13,353 nucleotides of DNA from Clostridia bacterium (GCA_030539155.1 JAUNSP010000002.1:52728-66080), one strand, 5' to 3'; positions 1-6,423 are shown, counted from the first letter of the stretch. Notes: a model not told the origin generated them from the sequence alone. Numbers and translations are program-made.

Positions 1-1176
1 TATATTTGGTTGTTCTATTTTAAAATTATCTATTTCTACTTCCTTTAATTCATTATATGTTACATCTACTTCTCGTAAATCCTTATAATCCTCATATCCT
101 ATAGCTGCTTCATTTTCCTTTAAAAAATACTTACCAGGAAGTAAATTTTCTATTATAATTTCTCCTTTCTCATTAGTAACTAAATCATTTTTTATTTCCA
201 TTTTATTCTCATCTAATAAACAAAATTTTACATTGCTAAGTGGACATCCTGTTTCTCCATCTTTTTTCAATACTATTATTTTAGTATCATTTTTCAAATA
301 TTCCTCATGTGTATCAACAGATACCGATTCATATTCATACATAGTTAAAGCATAATCTTGGAGATTTGGGTTAGGGGCTAACCCAAACAGTATAGGATTT
401 GTTTTCATTTTACTATTTACAGTTACGGTGAAACTTCCATCCTTCACACTCTTTAATATAGGTATATGTAATTTAAATTTTTCGTTTGAGTTAAATGTAT
501 TCTTTTCCTTATTGCTAATATCTGTGATTTTTATTCCCAAGTTTTCACTATCACTTATTTTTACATTATATTTTTGATTCGCTATTGAAGTTTTGATGTT
601 AAACATTTTAGTTAAAAACTCTCCTTCAACTTTCCAATCCTCTTCTTCTTCAATTGTGATATTTGCGACTTGCCTTTTTCCAACTTGATTTCTAGCATTA
701 CTAGATATTCTCTTCATAGCTTCAAAAACTCTTGAACCTGCTTCACCTATCGCTTGGAAATCATCATAATTATAATCGTATAACATGTTGTATACTGCCA
801 TCTTGGTTGCTACATATGCTTCTTCATAACAGTTGCATCCTAACTCTTGAACCGTTTTATAAGGATAGCCACTTATAATAGCTTTCCAAACCAACTCATT
901 TGAAACTTGCTGCGTTGCAGTAACCTCATAACTATTATCTAGAGTAATGCCTCCTGTATACCTATTTAAGCAATATGCAGGATATTCAACTCCATTAGTT
1001 TGATAGAAAACTAATTGAGTTGCCACCTTTATATTTTGATAAATAAGTAAATTCTTCATCTCTCCTTTAGAGTATAAATTATAACTTTGTGAATTTGCAT
1101 TTATGCTTTGGGGAAATATCGCACTCACAATAGTCACTATCAATGTTATAATTATTATTTTGCATATTTTAATCAT
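1..1176 (-). CDS. Surface adhesin, N-terminal 392 codons (signal peptide, thioester-like TED domain, CnaB/SpaA-type Ig-like domain); the 3' end lies beyond the window edge
   Basis: Absent from the ORF track because it runs off the window. The minus strand is open for 392 codons from ATG at 1176-1174. It reads MIKICKIIIITLIVTIVSAIFPQSINA (signal peptide), then AYCLNRY / WKAIISGYP / EAYVATKMAVYN (thioester-domain motif layout), then IIVLKKDGETGCPLSNVKFCLLDE...GEIIIENLLPGKYFLKENEAAIGYE (CnaB/SpaA signature). The start is 25 nt after the sortase stop; GGAGGAG lies at 1195-1201. Confidence 0.8.
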   Translation of the reverse strand, partial: MIKICKIIIITLIVTIVSAIFPQSINANSQSYNLYSKGEMKNLLIYQNIKVATQLVFYQTNGVEYPAYCLNRYTGGITLDNSYEVTATQQVSNELVWKAIISGYPYKTVQELGCNCYEEAYVATKMAVYNMLYDYNYDDFQAIGEAGSRVFEAMKRISSNARNQVGKRQVANITIEEEEDWKVEGEFLTKMFNIKTSIANQKYNVKISDSENLGIKITDISNKEKNTFNSNEKFKLHIPILKSVKDGSFTVTVNSKMKTNPILFGLAPNPNLQDYALTMYEYESVSVDTHEEYLKNDTKIIVLKKDGETGCPLSNVKFCLLDENKMEIKNDLVTNEKGEIIIENLLPGKYFLKENEAAIGYEDYKDLREVDVTYNELKEVEIDNFKIEQPNI

Positions 1177-1201
1177 ATTATTTTTTATTATCTACTCCTC
1201 C

Positions 1202-1882
1202 TTATTTTATTTCAATTGCTTGTATACACCTCCTATAATTAGGCATATTTTTTACACAAGTTACTAAGGTTACCCTATTATCACTTGTTTGTTTTAGAAA
1301 ACTCCAATCAGTCTCCAATATAATACTATTTACCACTATCTCATAAGCCCTTGTTCCATACTCAGTTTCATAATAAATTATATCTTTATTTGATAATTCT
1401 TTTAACCTTTCAAAGTAATTACTCTTTTTTCCACTATTATGAGCCGCTAAACCTACATTTCCATCCCACAAATTTGTGGATTCGAAATGTCCAACGGATC
1501 TATTAATCACTGTACTTGATGTACCTTCTTTTATTTCCGCGTCAAGACCTATTTTGGGTATACAAACTTTCCATACCTTTTTTTTTAGTGATATATTATT
1601 AAAATTATTTTTTTGATTGATTTTTGTTTTTTGATTTAGATCATTTTTTGGCAGACTATTTTGCCCTCTTTGTAATTGGCAAATACTATAGTATAAATCT
1701 AAATCTTGACTTTCTAAATTTTTTAGATTACTGGCTTTTTCCTCTTGAAAGGATTTACCATAAAATTTTTTTGAGTAAAATCTCTTAGTTATGTATGTAA
1801 AGCTAAAATCCATAACTAAAAATATTATTATCGAAATAAATAATGTTATTATTCTTATATTCCTTTTTGTATATGTAATCAT
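1202..1882 (-). CDS. Sortase-family cysteine transpeptidase (class uncertain, A/D-like spacing)
   Basis: N-terminal TM anchor (IRIITLFISIIIFLV), His motif GLAAHNSG (His148), catalytic TLVTC (Cys209) and Arg in NYRRC (Arg217/218). His-Cys spacing is about 61 aa and Cys-Arg 8-9 aa, unlike class B. It lies directly upstream of a sortase-substrate-type adhesin. Confidence 0.9.
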   Translation of the reverse strand: MITYTKRNIRIITLFISIIIFLVMDFSFTYITKRFYSKKFYGKSFQEEKASNLKNLESQDLDLYYSICQLQRGQNSLPKNDLNQKTKINQKNNFNNISLKKKVWKVCIPKIGLDAEIKEGTSSTVINRSVGHFESTNLWDGNVGLAAHNSGKKSNYFERLKELSNKDIIYYETEYGTRAYEIVVNSIILETDWSFLKQTSDNRVTLVTCVKNMPNYRRCIQAIEIK

Positions 1883-2053
1883 TTTATTTTAATAAAACTT
1901 TCATACAATAGTTTTAATGTAATATATCCTCCTTTCCTTGTTTTAAAAAACTCAACTTAAAAAATACTTTTTCTTATTGAATTTTCGTTTCTAAAAAATT
2001 GCAATTTTTCTAAAAACTATACTACTACATTTTCCATAATTTGTAAAGGCTTT

Positions 2054-2073
2054 TTTATCGACATTTATCGACA
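2054..2073. repeat. Perfect tandem direct repeat 2 x 10 bp (tttatcgaca tttatcgaca); a third 8/9 copy lies in inverted orientation at 2148-2156 (tgtcgaaaa)
   Basis: Read directly from the sequence. It sits in the 410-bp non-coding region upstream of the sortase gene. Confidence 0.7.
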
Positions 2074-2222
2074 TTTTTTGCATTATAATACCTACCTTTC
2101 TGTCATCTTTTGTTGAAATTTAAACGATACCTCCCATTTGCAGAATTTGTCGAAAATAAAAAACACTTGTATCACAATTTTACTATTTTTAGTTGATATA
2201 TCAATACTTTTAAACAAACTAA

Positions 2223-2260
2223 AAAAATAATTAAATTTTATGCAAAATTTAATTATTTTT
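2223..2260. repeat. Perfect 17-bp inverted repeat made only of A/T, with a 4-nt loop (aaaaataattaaatttt atgc aaaatttaattattttt)
   Basis: Arms 2223-2239 and 2244-2260 are exact reverse complements. It lies just beyond the GC-containing terminator of the YgjV-family gene. Confidence 0.8.
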
Positions 2261-2263
2261 TAT

Positions 2264-2291
2264 AAAATAGGAAGGTCGCCCTTCCTATTTT
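2264..2291 (-). terminator. Rho-independent terminator (usable on both strands) after the YgjV-family gene
   Basis: 12-bp perfect stem aaaataggaagg / ccttcctatttt with loop tcgc and A/T runs on both sides. It begins 2 nt after the TGA stop at 2293-2295. Confidence 0.8.
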
Positions 2292-2292
2292 A

Positions 2293-2793
2293 TCATTTAG
2301 TTTTTCTATCATATCTACAAATCGCAACTATTCCAGAAATCACTTCAAATAAATTTCCAATTAATGCTACATATGCCCCTATATATGTGTTAAAAATAAT
2401 CCACATAAATGCTGCTACAATAAATAATACCCTTAATATCTTATTATTCTTTTGCCATGCAGCATAATTATAAATCAATGATATTACCATTGGAATTAGA
2501 CTAAATACATTCTCATAAAAAATAACTGTTAATAGTATTGTAATCAAACTTAATACTATTAATAGACTTTTTGTATTTTCCTTGTTTTTCTTTTCATTAT
2601 CATAAAAAATCAACACTCTAACTACCGCATATACATTAAGTATTCCTGTACTTATTGCTCCTAATAAAAAATATTGGGTTGCATAGAACAACATTGCAAC
2701 TGATTGCATTATTAAGATGTTATTTTTTTGTTTCATTTGAACACTTGAAACCCATACTGTTAATGCTATAAATCCTATAATCTGTGCTACCAT
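2293..2793 (-). CDS. YgjV-family inner membrane protein
   Basis: A multi-TM protein of about 166 aa. MVAQIIGFIALTVWVSSVQMKQKNNILIMQSVAMLFYATQYFLLGAISTGILNVYAVVRV matches the YgjV (PF10688) layout as I remember it. I chose the start at ATG 2793 because GAGGAAGGAGA sits 6 nt upstream; the track start at 2829 has no SD. Confidence 0.65.
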   Translation of the reverse strand: MVAQIIGFIALTVWVSSVQMKQKNNILIMQSVAMLFYATQYFLLGAISTGILNVYAVVRVLIFYDNEKKNKENTKSLLIVLSLITILLTVIFYENVFSLIPMVISLIYNYAAWQKNNKILRVLFIVAAFMWIIFNTYIGAYVALIGNLFEVISGIVAICRYDRKTK

Positions 2794-2859
2794 ATTCTTT
2801 CTCCTTCCTCGTAAGAGTAAATTATTCATCTACAAGTTTCTTATCCAGTTAATATATGT

Positions 2860-2889
2860 ATTATATCATATATTAACATAATTTGTCAA
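2860..2889 (-). promoter_or_regulatory. Sigma-A promoter for the YgjV-family gene
   Basis: On the minus strand: TTGACA (2889-2884), 18-nt spacer, extended -10 TGATATAAT (2868-2860). Confidence 0.75.
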
Positions 2890-2997
2890 CCGTTGATTTT
2901 CCTCTTCTAATCCTTTTTTAATTACCTAACTTTTTTACTATTAAATTAATTCCAATATCTACAAAATTATACCTATAACAATTATCGCATATTTTAC

Positions 2998-3029
2998 AAA
3001 AAAAAACAATTACTTTTTTATAGTAATTG
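2998..3029 (-). terminator. Rho-independent terminator after the amidase-domain gene
   Basis: Stem caattact (3007-3014) / agtaattg (3022-3029). On the minus strand it is followed by a U9 run (A9 at 2998-3006 on plus). It lies 18 nt after the TGA stop at 3047-3049. Confidence 0.75.
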
Positions 3030-3046
3030 CTACCCAAAATTATACA

Positions 3047-3502
3047 TCAAAAATTTTTATCTATTATCCTCATTATTCTTATCTTTTTAAAATCATACTC
3101 CCTTATATTCTTATTTTTTGCATCATTACTATGACAACAAATATATAATTCATTGTTTTGTTTTTTTGTAACAATTAAACTATGTGTGAACTTTACTCCA
3201 TTCTTCGAAAATTGAATAATATCCCCTATTGAAGCCTTTTCAAAGGTTATTTCCTCTATATAGTTCTTTATTTTTAGATAACTATATAAAAATTCAACTC
3301 CAGTCCATGATGCTGATTTTTTATTTCCGTTTATATAATACCAACCTTTCTCAAAATAGTTCATTTGTAGTCCTCCGGCATATAAACACTGTGAAATAAA
3401 ATTAGTACAGTCACCTCCAAAGTTATCATAATTATAATATTTAGGATTCCTTTTTAGTGCCCACTTTAAGGCATACTTAACCGCTTTATTTTTATCATAC
3501 AT
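3047..3502 (-). CDS. Amidase_6 (putative amidase / NlpC-P60-like cysteine peptidase) domain protein
   Basis: KAVKYALKWALKRNPKYYNYDNFGGDCTNFISQCLYAGG ... GWYY ... SWTGVEFLYSYL matches the PF12671 signature, including the GGDCTNF(I/V)SQCL catalytic-Cys block. No signal peptide is evident. SD GGGGGAG lies upstream of the ATG. Confidence 0.75.
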   Translation of the reverse strand: MYDKNKAVKYALKWALKRNPKYYNYDNFGGDCTNFISQCLYAGGLQMNYFEKGWYYINGNKKSASWTGVEFLYSYLKIKNYIEEITFEKASIGDIIQFSKNGVKFTHSLIVTKKQNNELYICCHSNDAKNKNIREYDFKKIRIMRIIDKNF

Positions 3503-3547
3503 TTGCTCCCCCTCTATTATAAATTATGTTATTTGCATAAAAAGGTT

Positions 3548-3570
3548 AAAAAACAGGTAAAATTTACCTG
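3548..3570 (-). terminator. Rho-independent terminator after tRNA-Gln
   Basis: Hairpin caggtaa(a) / (t)ttacctg at 3554-3570. On the minus strand it is followed by U6 (A6 at 3548-3553 on plus). It lies 13 nt after the tRNA CCA end. Confidence 0.65.
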
Positions 3571-3583
3571 CTTTTCTTCATAT

Positions 3584-3658
3584 TGGCTGGGGTAGTAAGA
3601 TTCGAACTTACGCATCGATGGGTCAGAGCCATCTGCCTTACCGCTTGGCTATACCCCA
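3584..3658 (-). tRNA. tRNA-Gln, anticodon CUG, with encoded CCA
   Basis: The reverse complement folds by hand into a 75-nt cloverleaf: TGGGGTA TA GCCAAGCGGTAAGGC A GATGG CTCTGAC CCATC GATGC GTAAG TTCGAAT CTTAC TACCCCA G CCA. All four stems pair, the T-loop is TTCGAAT, and the anticodon loop is C-T-CTG-A-C. Confidence 0.9.
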
Positions 3659-3687
3659 ATATGTCTTATTCCAAAGGCTACCCCCTT

Positions 3688-3716
3688 ATTATAATATATG
3701 AATAAAAAAAAATCAA
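3688..3716 (-). promoter_or_regulatory. Sigma-A promoter for tRNA-Gln
   Basis: On the minus strand: TTGATT (3716-3711), 17-nt spacer, TATAAT (3693-3688). The -10 element ends 29 nt upstream of the mature tRNA 5' end. Confidence 0.7.
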
Positions 3717-3746
3717 TACCTTTAGTAATAAAATGTATGAAAAATA

Positions 3747-3773
3747 GCACGGGAATCATTTTGATTCCCGTGC
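3747..3773 (-). terminator. Rho-independent terminator after the 97-aa gene
   Basis: 11-bp GC-rich stem gcacgggaatc / gattcccgtgc with a T-rich tract following on either strand. It begins 6 nt after the TAA stop at 3780-3782. Confidence 0.8.
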
Positions 3774-3779
3774 CATTTT

Positions 3780-4073
3780 TTATATTACTTTAGCTTCTTT
3801 ATATACAGAAATTAAAGCCTCTTTTGTTATTCTAAACTCTAAATCCTCACTAGAATCCATAACAAGTAAATCTTGAAGTTGCTTCAACTCTTCAATTGAT
3901 GTACCATTAATTGTAATATCAACAAGTCTCTTTCCCCTGAAAAAGCAAAATTCTACACCATTTTTTTTATAGCATTGAACTAAATAAGACCTATAATTTT
4001 CAAATCCCAATTTCTTTAGTTCCTCTCCTGTTAAAATTTCACCTTTTATTGCCTTTTGTAAAAGTTTTTTCAT
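3780..4073 (-). CDS. Hypothetical small cytoplasmic protein (97 aa)
   Basis: I placed the start at ATG 4073-4071 (MKKLLQKAIKGE...) because AAGGAGG sits 7 nt upstream. The track ORF begins at a TTG at 4145 with no SD. I recognise no family. Confidence 0.6.
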   Translation of the reverse strand: MKKLLQKAIKGEILTGEELKKLGFENYRSYLVQCYKKNGVEFCFFRGKRLVDITINGTSIEELKQLQDLLVMDSSEDLEFRITKEALISVYKEAKVI

Positions 4074-4241
4074 ATTCTTCCTCCTTAAATTATCTCGGGG
4101 GTAATTTATGCACCCCAAGATTTTAAATATCTTTTTTGGGGTCAATGTAATATATATTATATTGTATTGCGTGAAATCTTATTATTAACCTTCCCAAATT
4201 TTTCGTTTTTTAATCATCAATAGTAAATTCTTTACTACGCA

Positions 4242-4703
4242 CTATTGAACTACAAAAACTGATCCCTTGGGTACAAATATTTCATATTTTGTCTGATAAA
4301 ATGGATTTAGATTTGAACTTGAAAGGATATACGTTGTTACTCTCACAATAGGTTCCTTGACATTTTCAGTCTCATAAATATCAACAACTTCACACATTTC
4401 TGAAATTTCTATAGTCCCTTCTCCAGTCGTAATTTTAACTTGGTCATCATTTTTTATTACATAAATATTATCTTGAAATATGTTTTGTTCGACCATTAAT
4501 AATTTTTGTGTACTCTGCTTCTCTCCTAGTGAGAATAGTTTTGGTATAATAATAACCAATCCCAACATAATAAGTGCTATAAGTGCTGATTTTTCATTCC
4601 TCTTAATTACCGCTTTAGATATGAAATAGATAAATGCAAATATTCCTACAATCAAAATCATTACTACAAAAAAAACTGCCAATGCAAAAATCATAGTTTC
4701 CAT
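4242..4703 (-). CDS. Hypothetical membrane protein (two N-terminal TM helices plus a C-terminal soluble domain)
   Basis: The ORF has SD AAAGGAGA 6 nt upstream of the ATG. Hydrophobic segments are IFALAVFFVVMILIVGIFAFIYFI and ALIALIMLGLVIIIPKLF. I recognise no family. Confidence 0.6.
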   Translation of the reverse strand: METMIFALAVFFVVMILIVGIFAFIYFISKAVIKRNEKSALIALIMLGLVIIIPKLFSLGEKQSTQKLLMVEQNIFQDNIYVIKNDDQVKITTGEGTIEISEMCEVVDIYETENVKEPIVRVTTYILSSSNLNPFYQTKYEIFVPKGSVFVVQ

Positions 4704-4892
4704 ACAATTCTCCTTTTCTTAAAAACCTTTATTATTAGTTACAAAGTAAATATAGTTGCAATAAAAATATTTGACTTTTTGAAATTTGTTCCAATCTTAT
4801 ACACCTTATTATTCTTTATATTTCCTCCTCCTTAAAAAATTAAATTATTAATTCCATAAGTTTCTTTTGCCTCAATATAAATCAATGTGATT

Positions 4893-4921
4893 ATTATACC
4901 ATATTATGTAGATTTTGTCAA
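4893..4921 (-). promoter_or_regulatory. Sigma-A promoter, about 180 nt upstream of the 153-aa membrane protein gene
   Basis: On the minus strand: TTGACA (4921-4916), 17-nt spacer, extended -10 TGGTATAAT (4901-4893). Confidence 0.75.
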
Positions 4922-4962
4922 CCAGATTTTTATATTATCGTATTTGATTTAAGCTTTCTATT

Positions 4963-5709
4963 TTATTTTCCAATAAACATTTGAACATAAATTTTTCCAT
5001 ATTGAGAACCCTTTACTACTCCAACTCCTGTATAGTTAAAAGAGCTGTTTAAAATATTTGCTTTATGACCTGACGAATTCATCCAAGCAGTAACAGCGGC
5101 AGAGTTACTTGAATTTCCTGCAATATTTTCCCCTGCAGATTTATATGAAACTTTAAAACTCTTTAACATATTAAACGGAGAACCGTAGGTTGGCGATGTA
5201 TGAGAAAAATAATTATTATCAACCATATCTTTTGCTTTTATCCTAGCCACATTTTGAACTTCGCTATCAATTTTTAATGCAGGCAGGCCATTATTTATTC
5301 TTTGCTTATTTATTAAATCAAATACTTCCCTCTCATCAGAACTCAAATCGCTATTATTTGTTGTAGTTGTTGTTCCTCCTGTAGAGGTATTAGCTTTTGG
5401 ATAAATGGCTTTTACATACTTTTTACTCACAGCACCTATAAAATTATTTTCAGTTTGAATAACATACCAATCGCCTACTCCTGCAAACACTCTTATATAT
5501 TCATTTTTATTAACTGTCGTTATAACTCTAAAAGCTGTCCCAGGTCCATTCCTAACATTTAAAGTAGTTGCGGTTACTAATCCTGTTTGGAACCCCACAT
5601 TATAATAACTCTGTATTCCATAAGATTTAATAACCCCACCAACTATTATAAAAAAAATAATAATTGCACTTATAATAAATATTTTTCTCTTCTTTAATTT
5701 TATTACCAT
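4963..5709 (-). CDS. Secreted or membrane-anchored SH3b + CAP/SCP (YkwD-like) domain protein
   Basis: N-terminal signal/anchor (IFIISAIIIFFIIVGGVI). SH3b-like segment TATTLNVRNGPGTAFRVITTVNKNEYIRVFAGVGDWYVIQ. Thr-rich linker. CAP-domain signature EVFDLINKQRINNGLPAL...YFSHTSPTYGSPFNML...GENIA...WMNSSGHKANIL. Confidence 0.8.
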   Translation of the reverse strand: MVIKLKKRKIFIISAIIIFFIIVGGVIKSYGIQSYYNVGFQTGLVTATTLNVRNGPGTAFRVITTVNKNEYIRVFAGVGDWYVIQTENNFIGAVSKKYVKAIYPKANTSTGGTTTTTNNSDLSSDEREVFDLINKQRINNGLPALKIDSEVQNVARIKAKDMVDNNYFSHTSPTYGSPFNMLKSFKVSYKSAGENIAGNSSNSAAVTAWMNSSGHKANILNSSFNYTGVGVVKGSQYGKIYVQMFIGK

Positions 5710-5712
5710 TAT

Positions 5713-5750
5713 AAAAAACCTCCTTATATATTTATATAAGAAGGTTTTTT
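5713..5750 (-). terminator. Rho-independent terminator after the maf-like gene; its 3' arm contains the SD of the SH3b-CAP gene
   Basis: Minus-strand RNA: AAAAAA CCUUCUUAUAUA aau UAUAUAAGGAGG UUUUUU. The stem is 12 bp with one G-U pair, which would be a C-A mismatch on the other strand. AAGGAGG in the 3' arm lies 9 nt upstream of ATG 5709. Confidence 0.7.
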
Positions 5751-5776
5751 AATTATTCCTTTTTTATTTATACTTT

Positions 5777-6370
5777 TCAATCCTGTAATTCAAAATCCGA
5801 AATACTATATCCCAATTTTTTTAAGTTTTCATACAATATACTTGGGGAAATTCCAAATAAAGTATTATAATCACCATCTACCTTATCTACAAATAATGAT
5901 GCCTTGCCAAGTACAACATAACCACAACAGTCTAAAATTCTACTCTCATTGTTCACATACCACTCAATATCCTTGTCTGATATATTTCTAAAATATACAT
6001 CTACTTTTGATGAAAAAGAAATAGTTTTATTCTGGTATAAATCAATTATAGTTATTCCAGTATAGGCAGAATTCATTTTACCAGATAATTCTTTTAAGTT
6101 ATCAAAGGCTTCTTTCTTTGTTTTTGGCTTTTCATAAACTTTTCCATTAAAATATATGATGGTATCTGCAGCAATTATAATTGCATTTTCTTTTAATTCT
6201 TCTGCCACTGATTTTGCTTTAACTATCGATAATTGTTCAACGTATTTCCCGGGTTCTTTTTCACTACACTCTTCCTCTGCATTACTTTTAATCACTTCAT
6301 ATTTTAAGCCTATTAAATCAAGTACATCCCTTCTTTGTTTTGAACCAGATGCAAGAATAATCCTCATCAT
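5777..6370 (-). CDS. maf: Maf-like nucleoside triphosphate pyrophosphatase (divergent)
   Basis: MMRIILASGSKQRRDVLDLIGL..., IIIAADTII..GKVYEKPK..EA...L..LSGK...AYTG, and DGDYNTLFGISP are collinear with the Maf/YhdE family. The SPRR and DKAGAYGIQ motifs are degenerate. SD GGAGAG lies 6 nt upstream of ATG 6370. Confidence 0.8.
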   Translation of the reverse strand: MMRIILASGSKQRRDVLDLIGLKYEVIKSNAEEECSEKEPGKYVEQLSIVKAKSVAEELKENAIIIAADTIIYFNGKVYEKPKTKKEAFDNLKELSGKMNSAYTGITIIDLYQNKTISFSSKVDVYFRNISDKDIEWYVNNESRILDCCGYVVLGKASLFVDKVDGDYNTLFGISPSILYENLKKLGYSISDFELQD

Positions 6371-6423
6371 TAACCACTCTCCTTAAAGTTCCTCATCATT
6401 TTATCTTACACTTTGTCTTCTTA

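Noticed and set aside
1578-1586. A9 tract (T9 on plus) inside the sortase coding region, considered as a slipped-strand phase-variation switch
   Set aside because: Homopolymer runs of 7-9 A/T are frequent throughout this AT-rich window (for example 5650-5657 and 12699-12706). This tract simply encodes Lys-Lys-Lys. There is no evidence of variability from a single sequence.
1991-2083. 30-codon minus-strand small ORF (MQKMSINVDKKAFTNYGKCSSIVFRKIAIF) in the sortase leader, considered as a possible signalling or precursor peptide
   Set aside because: It has only an imperfect SD (AGGTAGG). The 10-bp tandem repeat inside it is not a multiple of three, which argues for a DNA-level rather than coding function. 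There is no AgrB-like or other maturation gene nearby. I cannot tell it apart from a chance ORF.
2240-2467. 75-aa plus-strand ORF from the track
   Set aside because: It starts inside the A/T hairpin and terminator region and runs antisense through the 3' end of the YgjV-family gene. It has no SD and a low-complexity translation, so I treat it as a shadow ORF typical of AT-rich DNA.
4097-4141. Mutually exclusive small hairpins (CCCCAA...TTGGGG versus GGGGT...ACCCC) in the leader of the 97-aa gene, considered as a possible riboswitch or attenuator
   Set aside because: The stems are only 4-6 bp, no U-tract follows and they do not overlap the SD. That is too little structure to support a call.
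4892-4915. dif-like XerCD site (CATATTATGTAGA resembles one arm and part of the core of the Bacillus dif site as I remember it)
   Set aside because: The opposite arm does not match, and the sequence is fully accounted for as the spacer and -10 of a consensus promoter.
6156-6386. 76-aa plus-strand ORF antisense to the maf-like gene
   Set aside because: It lies almost entirely within a gene that has clear family motifs on the other strand, and it has no SD.
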